A stretch of DNA of 63,985 nucleotides, counting the filler, from Bradymonadales bacterium (GTDB taxonomy: Bacteria; Bdellovibrionota; UBA2394): NCBI GenBank assembly GCA_007693605.1. It is 4 parts of 4 records of this genome, joined end to end, with 100 filler letters (N's around TTAATTAATTAA, not from the genome) between each part and the next. Parts side by side here need not be neighbours in the genome. Positions count along the whole stretch, not along the records: positions 1 to 23,869 come from REDG01000032.1; positions 23,970 to 47,717 come from REDG01000075.1; 2 more parts are not named here. One strand, written 5' to 3'. The notes beneath the pieces were generated by a model. That model was not told the DNA's origin. It made no database searches and worked only from the letters and a program-made list of their open reading frames with translations. A program made the translations under genes and the position numbers. Below, piece by piece: positions 19,610-30,337 of this stretch; position 1 is the first letter of the stretch; every line of letters starts with the position of its first letter.

Positions 19610-20122
19610 ATGCGATCCATTTTAAAAGTTTTCATCCCTGTTTTAGTAGGAGTCAGTCTCGTTCTGGCTTGGAGGCAGATGTTTCCGAGTGAAGAAACTC
19701 AAATACAAAGACAACTGTCGAGGCTGGAGAGCCTTCTCAGTCGTAGCGGACAGGAGAATGTGCTAGAGCGCGCTGCAAGCGCCCGCGCTTTGGGTCAAGT
19801 TCTTCATCCAGACATCAAATTGAAATTTCAGCATGCCACAGGAGATTATGAGTTAAACGGGCTCTCCTCCCTCCAAGAGGCCTACCTGCAAACTCAGATG
19901 AGAGTTCCAGAATTCGAGCTTTCGATTCGAGACCTTCTCACCAACATTGCTGAAAGCCGCACTGAGGCTGAGAGCCGATTTACCGCGATCGTTCGAGGTC
20001 GAAGTCAACAAGGCCGCCAAGATTTTCGTGAAGCCTCTGAGTTTCGAGTCGAGTGGATCAAGCTCGACGGAGACTGGCGCATCAGCTTCTTCGAAAATGT
20101 CGAAGCTCTTCAGTTTCAGTAG
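19610..20122 (+). CDS. Membrane-anchored NTF2/SnoaL-like protein
   Basis: N-terminal TM, C-terminal WIKLDGDWRI motif. Confidence 0.6.
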   Translation: MRSILKVFIPVLVGVSLVLAWRQMFPSEETQIQRQLSRLESLLSRSGQENVLERAASARALGQVLHPDIKLKFQHATGDYELNGLSSLQEAYLQTQMRVPEFELSIRDLLTNIAESRTEAESRFTAIVRGRSQQGRQDFREASEFRVEWIKLDGDWRISFFENVEALQFQ

Positions 20123-20330
20123 CGAGAGATTTCGGAACCATCGGCTTCCTAAAAACTTGGGTTCACATTTTTTGCTGGGAACTGCTGAAAGACTTCGGCT
20201 GCCCAATGACTCCAATCAGAACGGCCCGAAATGCGAAAAGATTCAATAATTATCATGCCTTCTGATGGCAGCCCCTGCGCCTCACGATCTAGGCCTCTCG
20301 CTTGAAATTTGTGTTATAAGACTCAGAGTT

Positions 20331-21308
20331 TTGAGCAAGTTTTTCACATTTGTGGTGGCAAGCATCATAGGTTTTGTGGACCTGTCATCTTGGGCCTGCG
20401 CCGTCTACGCTAAGACCCTCCCTGTAAGTCTTTCTGTCCAGAGCAGCGAAGCCGACATCTCTGAAGGTTTCGAAACACCCGAAATCGAACTCAACAAGAG
20501 CGGTGGCTCGATTTGGCTTCAGTCTCCCTTTGCCGCCATTCCAATCATTGGTGACACTCACGGTGACTTGGAGGCTCTTTATGAAGCCGTTCGGAGACTC
20601 CAAATCAGGCATCAGAGGTTTTTTCCTCTTGTGATTCAGCTCGGTGATATGGAGTACTTGACTAATAATATCCCGACATCGTCAAGACGGCCCGGTCACG
20701 GCCCTCGAAATGATCTTGTCTCGAATCATGTCGCGGGAGATGACAAACTTTACCAGCTTTACTATCAGGAGGCTAAGGGCTTTGAGCGTTTGTCTACGCG
20801 CGTTCTCTGGATCAGGGGCAATCATGACAATGGCACTGAACTTGAGCGACTCGTCCGCCAGAATTCAAACGGATTGATTGCTGTCGATAGGCAAGAGACA
20901 CTTCTGTATCTACCAGATGGAAGACCCTTGCTTTTGAAAGTAGGAGAGAATCAAGAAAAGGAAATCGAGTTTATCGGTGTGGGCGGAGTCGATCCCAACA
21001 CAAGGCGCCAAAGTACCCAGCGCTATCCGGGAATCGAAATCAAAGAAGAGTTTTTAGCCCCCGATTTTCTTGGCGCCTTTGAGCCCCGACCCCGCGTGCT
21101 ATTGACTCACCAAGGCCCGCCTTCGGCGCTTCAGGGCTCGCCTTGTATTGACCTCTTGCGCTCTACTATCAGGCCGGAAGCCCATCTCTTTGGCCACTCG
21201 CATACACCTTCACAAGATAGTATATCTGAGGGACTGGGGATTCTTACATGGAATGCAGTCAAGAAGGGGGACTTTAAGTCTTTTTCAAGAATGCTCATTG
21301 TACGTTAG
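20331..21308 (+). CDS. Calcineurin-like metallophosphoesterase with signal-peptide-like N-terminus
   Basis: GDTHG, QLGD, GNHD, LLTH and GHSH motifs; start uncertain (ORF open from 20265). Confidence 0.85.
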   Translation: MSKFFTFVVASIIGFVDLSSWACAVYAKTLPVSLSVQSSEADISEGFETPEIELNKSGGSIWLQSPFAAIPIIGDTHGDLEALYEAVRRLQIRHQRFFPLVIQLGDMEYLTNNIPTSSRRPGHGPRNDLVSNHVAGDDKLYQLYYQEAKGFERLSTRVLWIRGNHDNGTELERLVRQNSNGLIAVDRQETLLYLPDGRPLLLKVGENQEKEIEFIGVGGVDPNTRRQSTQRYPGIEIKEEFLAPDFLGAFEPRPRVLLTHQGPPSALQGSPCIDLLRSTIRPEAHLFGHSHTPSQDSISEGLGILTWNAVKKGDFKSFSRMLIVR

Positions 21309-21430
21309 GGTTAAGATCGAAGCCTAAAGAGCTGTGTTGATACCTCCGACCTGAGCGCGAACTTCGACCATACCCAAGCTGAGTTAAAGAAAGTCCTTCT
21401 GATAGCTGCACTTCAGCTTACTCAGTGAGT

Positions 21431-23848
21431 CTAGTCTGCCGGCCATCCCTCAAGTCTGAGCGCTGGGGCCAAGACAGGTCCAACCTCTGAGGCAACGACA
21501 TCCGCCTGATTCGCCTCCCTCTGCAAAATCAACTCCATTGGACCCATGTAGTTCATATCAACAAGTGCAGAGTCTAGGTTGTGGAGCAGGCTCTGTAGGT
21601 GTTGAATTGCCTGCCCAAACCGAGCGATTTCCGCCTCTGAAAGGTAGGATGCAAGACTGGCTACTCGTTTTCTGAGAGAGAGAAGAGCGCGCCGCGTATT
21701 TTCTTCGAATCGTTGTAGCTCGAAGGCCAAATGCTCGATCTTTTTCTGTCGGAGTTGAGCATCAAGTTTGCCAACTCTGATTTCCATCTGATCGACGAAA
21801 ATCTCTTCTCGAAGTCGCTGGAAGTTCCGTTGAACCGCAAGCAGGGCGGCATCGACATATAGAGAGACATCCGACTCACTGAAGTAACCTCCACTCCAAA
21901 AGGGTGAGGCCCAAAGAACAGACTGATTTTGGCTCATAAACTCGCCAATCTCGCTTGAACGAGTATAAGCCTCTAGACTTTGATGAGGAATCCCGGCTTG
22001 CTCAGAGACTCTAGCGACCTCCTCAAACATCAAAAAGTGAGCGAATTCATGGGTTAGACTGCCCTTGGCCTCCTCTTTCAAAACAATGACCGGTCTATCA
22101 GAAAACTTTCTCTCATAGCCTCCAATTTGAAGATTGGTGTTCGCCGGAATGAATGCGGCACGCGCACCGGAATTTGCAAAATAGCTGTGATAGGCAAGAA
22201 GCTCCTGAGAGTCGTGATCCGCGGGCACAACAACAACCTCAATACCATACTGCCTTTTCAGATATCGAACGGCAGGGCCAAAAGGCATTGTGCTGACTCG
22301 CTGAAGCTCTGGAGAGTTCAATTGTATTCGGACCCGACCAAGTCGCACCTCAGCCTGATCGGTCTGAAGACTTGCCTCTATGAGGGCCTCTGCCCTCATG
22401 GCTTGGCCCGTCACCGCCGCCGCTTCGTGGCTGATTGCTGCTCGAGAATCCTGACCCACCCTAGATCCTTGAAAACGAGACAGAAGCCTTCGAATGAGCC
22501 CTATCTCAATGCCATGTTCGACTAAGAACCTAGGGCCGAAGACTTCTAGGAGCCTCGTACGAATCTCTGCGTCGTTCTGAGCTCTCCAAGTATAGCTCGA
22601 GAGAAGAAGAGAATACACATCGGGCCTATCAGGAAACTTCTCAATCAGCTCACGAATCTTCTTCATTTCCTCTTTATGCATCTCTCGGCCGCCAAGCCAT
22701 AGCTTCTGTAAAGCATAAAATACGCTGCTCTGGCCCGCTCCAATGACGGGATTTTCTTGGATGTAGGAAACAAGGACTTCACGCGCCACTTCTCCTTGTG
22801 GTTGACCTTTCTGCTCAGCAACCGCACTAACAAGAAGTTCTAGCTGATCAGCCCCCTCCCATGGATTCACTGAGTGCCAAAGACTGAAAGTGCGAGGCAC
22901 CTCACTCGCCTCAATTCCCACTTCATCGACTAGGGCCTCCAGTCTTTTCTCAAAATAATCTTTCCAAGCACTGAAGTTTTCTCCGCTCGCCCATTTCCAT
23001 GCTTGAATCGCCAACCGCACATTCTCTAGCTGACGCAGATCTTTCGCAGAATCAATCAAGCTCTCGGCTTGACCCATAAGGACTCGATCTCGTGCCAAGA
23101 CAAAGGCCGCAGGATCAGAAAACTCTGCCTCCCGGCCGTAGTCGAGCGCCTCAAGCATCCGATGAACCTCGAGATCCGATATCTCCCTCGCTTCAAAATT
23201 CAATATTGTCTCACGCCATCTGGATGCATGCTCTTCAACATATTGATCCACCATCTGAGGGGGAACCTCTCGCCGAACCCGGGGCCTTGTTGCTTGACCT
23301 ATAGAGCCTTGCCGGGACACATCTGAGTTGAGTCGATCGTAGGTTTCAGAAACCAACTTAAATCCTCGGTTGTAAAGCTCTATCAATTCTGAACTTGCTT
23401 CTTCCCCAAGAACATCCGGATGCCATTTCCTGGCAAGTCTTCGAAACGCGTCTTTGACTTGATCTAAAGTGTAAGACTCGTCTAGTCCGAAACGCGCCCG
23501 GTCTGATTGGGCCTCTAGATGTGCGAGTGCTGATTTCATTTCAATAAGCGCAGACGCCTCTGGTCGAGTCACTGAGCTTGACTGACCTTGAGGCGTAATC
23601 AGACGCAATTGATCTAAGTCTGCATCTATCTGAGCTTGATCTTCGACGAATAGCGATGAAGGAAGCTGGTCAAGAGTCGAGGATAAGCTTGAAAAATCTG
23701 AGAAGAGCCGAGCTAAAAACAGTGCATCCGTTAAGGTAGAGCTTATCCTGCCCACACTCTCGCTCAACGAATCGAGATCATTCAATCGTTTTTGAACACG
23801 ATCCAACAGAGCATTGGAGTGCGGTCGAAAAATTGGAGTTGAAGTCAC
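21431..23848 (-). CDS. Large hypothetical protein with J-domain and HEXXH motif
   Basis: VKDAFRRLARKWHPD and THEFAH; start lies 21 nt from the contig end. Confidence 0.7.
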   Translation of the reverse strand: MTSTPIFRPHSNALLDRVQKRLNDLDSLSESVGRISSTLTDALFLARLFSDFSSLSSTLDQLPSSLFVEDQAQIDADLDQLRLITPQGQSSSVTRPEASALIEMKSALAHLEAQSDRARFGLDESYTLDQVKDAFRRLARKWHPDVLGEEASSELIELYNRGFKLVSETYDRLNSDVSRQGSIGQATRPRVRREVPPQMVDQYVEEHASRWRETILNFEAREISDLEVHRMLEALDYGREAEFSDPAAFVLARDRVLMGQAESLIDSAKDLRQLENVRLAIQAWKWASGENFSAWKDYFEKRLEALVDEVGIEASEVPRTFSLWHSVNPWEGADQLELLVSAVAEQKGQPQGEVAREVLVSYIQENPVIGAGQSSVFYALQKLWLGGREMHKEEMKKIRELIEKFPDRPDVYSLLLSSYTWRAQNDAEIRTRLLEVFGPRFLVEHGIEIGLIRRLLSRFQGSRVGQDSRAAISHEAAAVTGQAMRAEALIEASLQTDQAEVRLGRVRIQLNSPELQRVSTMPFGPAVRYLKRQYGIEVVVVPADHDSQELLAYHSYFANSGARAAFIPANTNLQIGGYERKFSDRPVIVLKEEAKGSLTHEFAHFLMFEEVARVSEQAGIPHQSLEAYTRSSEIGEFMSQNQSVLWASPFWSGGYFSESDVSLYVDAALLAVQRNFQRLREEIFVDQMEIRVGKLDAQLRQKKIEHLAFELQRFEENTRRALLSLRKRVASLASYLSEAEIARFGQAIQHLQSLLHNLDSALVDMNYMGPMELILQREANQADVVASEVGPVLAPALRLEGWPAD

Positions 23849-23869
23849 TTAGTTTTATTGATCTCGGAT

Positions 23870-23969
23870 NNNNNNNNNNNNNNNNNNNNNNNNNNNNNNN
23901 NNNNNNNNNNNNNTTAATTAATTAANNNNNNNNNNNNNNNNNNNNNNNNNNNNNNNNNNNNNNNNNNNN
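23870..23969. other. Artificial contig linker
   Basis: N run with central TTAATTAATTAA (stops in all six frames). Confidence 0.99.
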
Positions 23970-24141
23970 CGCTGCCGCCTTGCATCGCCTCAAACTGGCC
24001 TCAGCACAACACGGAAACAATTTATCGGTTGGACCACTAACCTTCTCGCATCTGAACCTTTATCGCCACTCCCCATGAACCGCTAAGGGCCCATCGGGCT
24101 TGCTTGGGTTTGCTAGTCTGGCACTTTCGTCTCCCGACCCC
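23970..24141. repeat. Mosaic of repeats at contig start (MITE right end, family B motifs, family A 29-mer)
   Basis: 23970-24040 nearly identical to the right end of the 30554-30824 element; 29-mer at 24113-24141. Confidence 0.85.
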
Positions 24142-24216
24142 TTCGCTGTGGCGGCGGCGTCGACTTCGCTTTGATCAAACCTTTGGCCTTTTTTGGGGCT
24201 GTGTTAAGAACAAGGG

Positions 24217-24477
24217 ATGTTGGCATTCATTTGGACGATTATTTTAGGTCTTTTTATTGGCTTGGTGGCGCGACTTTTGATGCCCGGAAAGACGGTTCAA
24301 GGATTTATAATGACAGCACTTTTGGGAGTTGGAGGGGCCGTGGTCGGAAAGTGGATCGGACAGGCTTTTGGATGGTACGGGCCTTATGATGCCGCCGGCT
24401 TTTTGATGGGCGTTTTAGGAGCGATGCTGATTCTCTTTGTGTACCGGCTCCTTCAAGCCTTGAAAGAGAGCGATTAG
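24217..24477 (+). CDS. GlsB/YeaQ/YmgE (transglycosylase-associated) membrane protein
   Basis: WTIILGLFIGLVARLLMPG...LGVGGAVVG. Confidence 0.92.
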   Translation: MLAFIWTIILGLFIGLVARLLMPGKTVQGFIMTALLGVGGAVVGKWIGQAFGWYGPYDAAGFLMGVLGAMLILFVYRLLQALKESD

Positions 24478-24510
24478 CTGAAGCGGACACCAAAAAGACG
24501 ATAGAAACAT

Positions 24511-26313
24511 ATGAATCCTAGAATCCGAAACTTTTCGATTATCGCTCATATTGATCACGGCAAGTCCACGCTTGCGGATCGCTTGATTGAAGCCACAGGA
24601 GCTTTGACGAAGCGAGAAATGAAAGAGCAGGTTCTCGACAAGATGGAGCTTGAGCGAGAGAGGGGAATCACCATCAAGGCTCAAAGCGTTCGCTTGAACT
24701 ATCTCGCAAAGGACGGTCAGAACTATTGTTTAAACCTCATCGACACTCCCGGACATGTGGATTTCTCTTACGAGGTGTCGCGAAGTTTGAAGGCTTGTGA
24801 GGGGGTCCTGTTGGTTGTAGACGCCTCACAGGGGATTCAGGCTCAGACTCTGGCCAATGTTTATCTTGCGCTTGAAAACGACTTAGAAATCATTCCCGTC
24901 ATTAACAAAATTGATCTGCCTGCAGCTGAACCCGAAAAGGTGAGGGCCGAGATTGAGAATGTTATTGGAATTGATGCAAAAGACGCCATTCTTTGTTCTG
25001 CGAAGTCGGGAATAGGCATTGAAGAAGTTCTTGAAGCCGTCGTGAAGAGAGTTCCCCCCCCGAGGCAATTGCCTGAAATGCAAGGGAAGTTGGCCGCTTT
25101 GATTTTTGATAGCTGGTTTGACTCTTACCGAGGGGTCATCATTCTTGTTCGGGTCTTTTCGGGTGTTTTAAAGAAGAAAGACAAAATGCGTTTGATGAGT
25201 CGGAAAATCGATCACGAAGTACTTGATCTTGGCTTGTTTTGTCCGAATCCGACGCCTGTCAATGAACTCTCTGCCGGAGAGGTGGGCTTTGTGATTTCTG
25301 GAATCAAGAGTTTGCAGGATGCAAAGATTGGCGACACCTTGACCTTGACGAAGGACCCTGCGCCAAAAATGTTGGCAGGTTTTCGTGAAGTGAAACCGAT
25401 GGTGTTTTGCGGTCTCTTTCCGACCGAGACGGACGCCTATGAGTCTTTAAAAGATTCACTTGAGAAACTCGTTCTGAACGACTCCTCCATTACCTATGAG
25501 CCGGAGATTTCTGAGCATTTAGGCTTTGGCTTTCGTTGCGGATTTTTAGGGCTTCTTCATATGGAGATTGTTCGAGAGCGCTTGGAACGGGAGTATAGTC
25601 TCTCATTGATTTCAACCTGTCCGACTGTAAAATACCGAGTTCATCTGGAGGCAGGAGAGACCATCGAGGTGTCTAACCCCAGCAAGATGCCCGACCCCAA
25701 TTTGATTGCAAGCACCGAAGAGCCCTACTTTCGTGTGGTGATTCACACCCCTCAAGAATTTGTCGGAGGGGTGATGAAGCTCTGCACAGACAAAAGGGGA
25801 ATTCAAAAGAAAATGGAGTACCTCGGCCCGCAGCGAGTGATGTTTGAATATGAGATTCCTCTAAACGAGTTGGTTTTAAATTTCTATGATCGATTGAAGT
25901 CCATTACAAAAGGTTACGCCAGCCTAGACTATGAGTTCTTGGACTATCGACCTTCGGAACTGGTGAAGCTAGACCTGCTACTGAACGGAGAGAGAGTCGA
26001 GAGTTTATCTTTGATTATTCACCGCGACTTCGCTCAGCATCGGGGTCGAGAGCTAGCCAAAAAAATGAAAGAGCTTCTGCCCAGACAAATGTTTCAGATT
26101 GCCGTTCAGGCCGCCATCGGGGCAAAGGTCATCGCGCGAGAAACCCTGAGTGCTTTACGAAAGGATGTTACAGCCAAGTGCTACGGCGGAGATATCACTC
26201 GGAAAAGAAAACTGCTCGAGAAGCAAAAAGAGGGAAAGAAGAAGATGAAATCAATTGGCTCGGTCGAAGTTCCTCAAGAGGCGTTCTTGGCCGTTCTGAA
26301 GATTGACGGATAA
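24511..26313 (+). CDS. lepA: Elongation factor 4
   Basis: [45 protein letters not shown]. Confidence 0.99.
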   Translation: MNPRIRNFSIIAHIDHGKSTLADRLIEATGALTKREMKEQVLDKMELERERGITIKAQSVRLNYLAKDGQNYCLNLIDTPGHVDFSYEVSRSLKACEGVLLVVDASQGIQAQTLANVYLALENDLEIIPVINKIDLPAAEPEKVRAEIENVIGIDAKDAILCSAKSGIGIEEVLEAVVKRVPPPRQLPEMQGKLAALIFDSWFDSYRGVIILVRVFSGVLKKKDKMRLMSRKIDHEVLDLGLFCPNPTPVNELSAGEVGFVISGIKSLQDAKIGDTLTLTKDPAPKMLAGFREVKPMVFCGLFPTETDAYESLKDSLEKLVLNDSSITYEPEISEHLGFGFRCGFLGLLHMEIVRERLEREYSLSLISTCPTVKYRVHLEAGETIEVSNPSKMPDPNLIASTEEPYFRVVIHTPQEFVGGVMKLCTDKRGIQKKMEYLGPQRVMFEYEIPLNELVLNFYDRLKSITKGYASLDYEFLDYRPSELVKLDLLLNGERVESLSLIIHRDFAQHRGRELAKKMKELLPRQMFQIAVQAAIGAKVIARETLSALRKDVTAKCYGGDITRKRKLLEKQKEGKKKMKSIGSVEVPQEAFLAVLKIDG

Positions 26314-27954
26314 ATGATGGTCAGTGGAATTGTCGGCGGCTTAGGCTTGTTCTTGCTGGGAATGCTCCTTCTCACAGAGAATCTGAAAGCCGTTGCCAGT
26401 GATAGTTTGCATCGAATTCTTAAACGATTTACTTCGAAGACTTGGACAGGAATTTTAACGGGCGTGGGAATCACCAGCCTTTTGCAGTCCAGCAGTGCAA
26501 CCACCCTGATTACGGTGGGTTTGGTAAGTTCCGGGCTTCTCAGTTTCACTCAGTCTTTGGGCATCATTTATGGCGCCAATCTTGGGACGACCTCCACGGC
26601 TTGGATTGTGTCGGGGCTTGGCCTGAAAGTCAGTATGACGGCGATGAGCCTGCCCTTGTTGGGGATCGGCGCCTTTTTAAGGATCTTCTTGCAGGGAGCT
26701 TGGAGGCATCTGGGCTTGGTGATCGCTGGCTTTGCGATGATTTTTTTAGGAATTGATTTTCTTCAGCTCTCGATGGCGGATTTGTCAGAAAAGATTGATA
26801 TCGGGGGTTTCGTCTCGCCGGGCTGGGGAGGGCGCTTTAGCCTGTTGCTGGTTGGGCTACTCATGACAGTCGTCATGCAGTCTTCAAGTGCTGCTGTTGC
26901 CGTGACCATGACGCTCCTCTATGCTGGAGTCATTCCCTTTGAACTCGCAGCGGCGATGGTGATTGGTCAGTCGATCGGAACGACTGTGACCGCGGGCTTC
27001 GCGTCTTTGGCCGGTTCTGTACAGGCCAAGCGCACGGCTTTGGCCCACATTCTTTTTAATGTGGTGACGGGCACGATTGTCTTTCTGTCATTTCCAATTT
27101 TTATCAAAGCGGTATTGCTTCTGGCAAATTGGCTTTTTGGAGATCAAGAGACTCTGAGCCTCGCGGTTTTTCAAACGAGCTTTCATCTTTTGGGCATTTC
27201 AATCTTTCTCCCGTTCACGAGCTTCTTCGCTCGACAGATTGAGCGACTTCTGCCTGATCGGCGAAGCATTGCTTGGGTGCCTAGGCTTGAGAAAGATTCT
27301 CCACTCGGACAAGAACAGGCGATTGAGGTGGGACAGAAGGCGGTCTTTGAGCTGACACGGGAATTGCTGACTCTCTCTCAACAGATGCTGAAAACAGGCC
27401 TTCAGAATAAGCAAAGATATCGACTCTTGGATCTTCGAGAGGCCTTGCGAGAGAGTTCCAGTTTTGTCGCGAGCTCTGAGTTTGATGAAGATCGAGAAGA
27501 TCGAAGGCCGCTGCGATTGAGAATTTTCCACGCCTTTGAGCATCTGGAGAGAATCTTAGAGCTTTTGGCTCAGAGCCACCGACTGCACGAAGGGGCCGAG
27601 GGCTCGGCTTATCGCGAGAGATTGTCGGAGTATTTGCAAGAGTTTCTGAACGAGATGGGCAAAGAGAATGAGCGACTTCAGTGGGGGCATCGAGCTCAGC
27701 TTGAGCTGGACGAAGACTACGCGAAGATCAAAGGCTGGTTCAAAGCAAAGCGAGAGGAGATGCTTCAGGCCGTTTCACAGAAGAGACTTCCCATTCAAGA
27801 CTGTAATCGATTTTTGACAGAGCTGTTTTTATGCATGCAGCTTGCTAAGCATTTTTGGAGGATACTCAGAAGCTTTCAGACATCCGAAGAAGTGGCGTCT
27901 TTGGAGGGAAAAGAAGAGGGCCTTCAAGAGCTATCCAGGGCTAGTGAACTGTAG
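26314..27954 (+). CDS. Na/Pi cotransporter family protein
   Basis: Two QSSSA repeats, GANLGTT. Confidence 0.92.
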   Translation: MMVSGIVGGLGLFLLGMLLLTENLKAVASDSLHRILKRFTSKTWTGILTGVGITSLLQSSSATTLITVGLVSSGLLSFTQSLGIIYGANLGTTSTAWIVSGLGLKVSMTAMSLPLLGIGAFLRIFLQGAWRHLGLVIAGFAMIFLGIDFLQLSMADLSEKIDIGGFVSPGWGGRFSLLLVGLLMTVVMQSSSAAVAVTMTLLYAGVIPFELAAAMVIGQSIGTTVTAGFASLAGSVQAKRTALAHILFNVVTGTIVFLSFPIFIKAVLLLANWLFGDQETLSLAVFQTSFHLLGISIFLPFTSFFARQIERLLPDRRSIAWVPRLEKDSPLGQEQAIEVGQKAVFELTRELLTLSQQMLKTGLQNKQRYRLLDLREALRESSSFVASSEFDEDREDRRPLRLRIFHAFEHLERILELLAQSHRLHEGAEGSAYRERLSEYLQEFLNEMGKENERLQWGHRAQLELDEDYAKIKGWFKAKREEMLQAVSQKRLPIQDCNRFLTELFLCMQLAKHFWRILRSFQTSEEVASLEGKEEGLQELSRASEL

Positions 27955-27955
27955 G

Positions 27956-29383
27956 TCACTTGACATTGAGGCAAGCCAGAGCTTCTTGATGGAGTTCCTT
28001 CAAGGCGGGCGCAGTCTGGGGATCGGCCCGCATGAAAGCAGAAAACCATTGTGCCAGCACTTCTTCGTGGCCGAGTGAGATTTCTTCACGGTCCCAGATA
28101 TCTGTGATCAACAGAACAAGAGACAAAAAGAGATCGGGATCTTCTTGAAGCAAATTCTCAAGATTCAATTTTAAGCCGAAGTTGAGGGCTTGACCCAGGT
28201 GAGGGAGTCGGGTGTTGGCTTGTGAAAACTCCTCCAAGAGCCGATAGCTGAGCTCAGCCTGCCAAAGGCTCTCTAGGCTTTTCAAACTGCGGCAAAAGGC
28301 TTGGCAGAATCTATGGGGTCCGAGTTCTGAATAAAGATACTGATTGAGTTCCGAGTGTTCCCAGACCAGCTTTCGAAGAGAGGCGGGAATTTCATGAGAG
28401 CCCAGAAAGACATTTTCTCGAATGGATTCGTTCAGATATTCGAGTGCAAGAAGTCTTCCTGTTTGCTGCCACCTCTTGAGATTTTCATAAGAGGGGAAAA
28501 TGGGCTGTTGATCTCTAAACGCCATCAAGAGAACAAACTCTCGTTGTTCAGCTGAAAGCTCGAGGCTAAAAAGATGAAGCTCCGTCCAGACCTCGATGGC
28601 TAGTGAGCTTTTCAGAAATGCTTCCAAGTCCTTGGGTGAAAGCTTCCTTTGATTTGTTGCCCTGTCGAAAACTCTTGCGGCTTCGTCGTGTTGGTAAATG
28701 CGAAGTCCGATTTTGCTGTGCTGTCTTAGGAGTTCGACGGCATCCAATCGCTGTTCTGCGCTGAATCCGCTCAAGCCTTGAAGGACCATTCGAGTGACCC
28801 CCTCGGTATCGCCGCAATGGTGGCCGATCATATCCAGCGCTTGAGAGATGCCTGAGGGGTTGGCAAAGCCAGGCTCCGCTAAAGTCCCAACCAAAAATGG
28901 AATGGCTGGCTCTCCAACTCTGACAATGGCATCTCGTGCGGTTCGTCGAATGAACCAACTCGGTGTCTCTAAAGTCTGAATCAGGACAGGCATGACCTGT
29001 TCCGTCGGCCGGCCAATTTGACCCAGACTTAAGATTGCGGCTTCTCGAACACTGAGATCTCGATCATGAGTCAGGGCGGTCAGTGCGGGAACGGCAGGAA
29101 TGGCCTCCTCTCCTAATCGGCCCACCTCTTGTGCGGCGGAAACCCTAACGACCCAACGAGGGTCAGAAAGTTCTGAGATCAAACGATCGAGTCGTTTCAT
29201 CGGTGCGGAGTTCTTATCGCGGGCATTCAGCCTCTCCTCGCCCACGGTCCCTTCAGTGCTTTCTTGAGTCTCCTGATCCTCCCAGGCTGTTCGAACGAGA
29301 TCTCCCATCCAGCCCCCAAAGCTCTCTTCGGCGCCCACAAGAACCGAAGCCAATAGAAATATAGAAAATAGATATCCCCTCAC
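27956..29383 (-). CDS. Exported HEAT-repeat protein
   Basis: Signal peptide; VRVSAAQEVGRLG and VREAAILSLGQIG HEAT/PBS repeats. Confidence 0.75.
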   Translation of the reverse strand: MRGYLFSIFLLASVLVGAEESFGGWMGDLVRTAWEDQETQESTEGTVGEERLNARDKNSAPMKRLDRLISELSDPRWVVRVSAAQEVGRLGEEAIPAVPALTALTHDRDLSVREAAILSLGQIGRPTEQVMPVLIQTLETPSWFIRRTARDAIVRVGEPAIPFLVGTLAEPGFANPSGISQALDMIGHHCGDTEGVTRMVLQGLSGFSAEQRLDAVELLRQHSKIGLRIYQHDEAARVFDRATNQRKLSPKDLEAFLKSSLAIEVWTELHLFSLELSAEQREFVLLMAFRDQQPIFPSYENLKRWQQTGRLLALEYLNESIRENVFLGSHEIPASLRKLVWEHSELNQYLYSELGPHRFCQAFCRSLKSLESLWQAELSYRLLEEFSQANTRLPHLGQALNFGLKLNLENLLQEDPDLFLSLVLLITDIWDREEISLGHEEVLAQWFSAFMRADPQTAPALKELHQEALACLNVK

Positions 29384-29455
29384 GAATCCCCCTCTCGTGA
29401 CTTCCCAGCCCTCAGACTAGCCACAGCGAAGCGATGAATTCAAGACAAAGTTGCT

Positions 29456-29494
29456 CTAGGCTCCTGGAAGGTGTTGGGGTTGTGGTCTTTGGGG
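29456..29494 (+). repeat. 39-bp direct repeat, left copy
   Basis: CTAGGCTCCTGGAAGGTGTTGGGGTTGTGGTCTTTGGGG, identical to 30935-30973. Confidence 0.95.
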
Positions 29495-29605
29495 ATGCTT
29501 CGAAGACCGATAAGCCCGCCGAAGAACAGTGGATCTGAAACCACAAGCTGGGTCATTGTTCAATGATTATGGCCTGTCCACCTAGAGTGCACAGCGAGTC
29601 ACCTT

Positions 29606-30337
29606 TTACCAAGCTTCAGGCTTGTGAATCTTTCTGCCCTTGCACTCAATGACAGCTGGAAATTGACTAATCTGAAGCAAACCCTCTCGAATGACTTTGA
29701 AGAAATCGGACTGTCGCATCAACTCTTGGGCAGCGGTGTAGAATTTTCGTTTCCTGCCGCTTCCTACCCTGGAGTTAAAAGCCTCGACCCTCTTTCTGTT
29801 TCTATCATAGTGAGGATTTATCAAACCTATCTTCTTGCGAAACTTCTCTCTGACCATTCTCATTGGCGTCTCTAGGTCCGAATCGTTCGATATCACGACA
29901 GCGCAGTCGAACGAGCTGGAAAAGGCATCCATCAACAAATGGCACGCCAAATTAACATCGGACCCTTTTTCTTCTGTCTTCAACACCTTGACTGACTCTA
30001 GCTCTTGTCCGTTATGGGTAATCAGCGGCTCAACCAACCGTGCTGGTTTCACGCCTTGTTTGAAGTGTCCGAAGTAACACTCTACTTTATCAAGTGTTTC
30101 TAGCGCCTTCAAATAGGCAGACTGTCTTAGCGGCGCATCCTCATCATCCACACGCGGGCTAACGCGAGCGGTGAAGTATTTGATCTTAACAATTTCATTT
30201 TCTTTGAGAAGATTTGAGCAGAGCGCTTCGAGGTTAAGCCACTTGTAGTTTGTGTGCCTGAGACAACCATAGTACAAGTTGAAGCCGTCAATATAGACAT
30301 ATGTCTTCTCTTTAGTTTTCTTTTGATTCGCTGCCAT
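29606..30337 (-). CDS. NYN domain (LabA/DUF88, PIN-like) ribonuclease
   Basis: VYIDGFNLYY, EEKGSDVNLA, VISNDSDL; acidic catalytic residues intact. Confidence 0.93.
   Translation of the reverse strand: MAANQKKTKEKTYVYIDGFNLYYGCLRHTNYKWLNLEALCSNLLKENEIVKIKYFTARVSPRVDDEDAPLRQSAYLKALETLDKVECYFGHFKQGVKPARLVEPLITHNGQELESVKVLKTEEKGSDVNLACHLLMDAFSSSFDCAVVISNDSDLETPMRMVREKFRKKIGLINPHYDRNRKRVEAFNSRVGSGRKRKFYTAAQELMRQSDFFKVIREGLLQISQFPAVIECKGRKIHKPEAW

Noticed and set aside
23870..23969. TTAATTAATTAA palindrome within N runs (also 47718-47817 and 60830-60929)
   Set aside because: Artificial contig-joining spacer; ORFs and gene neighbourhoods across it are not real
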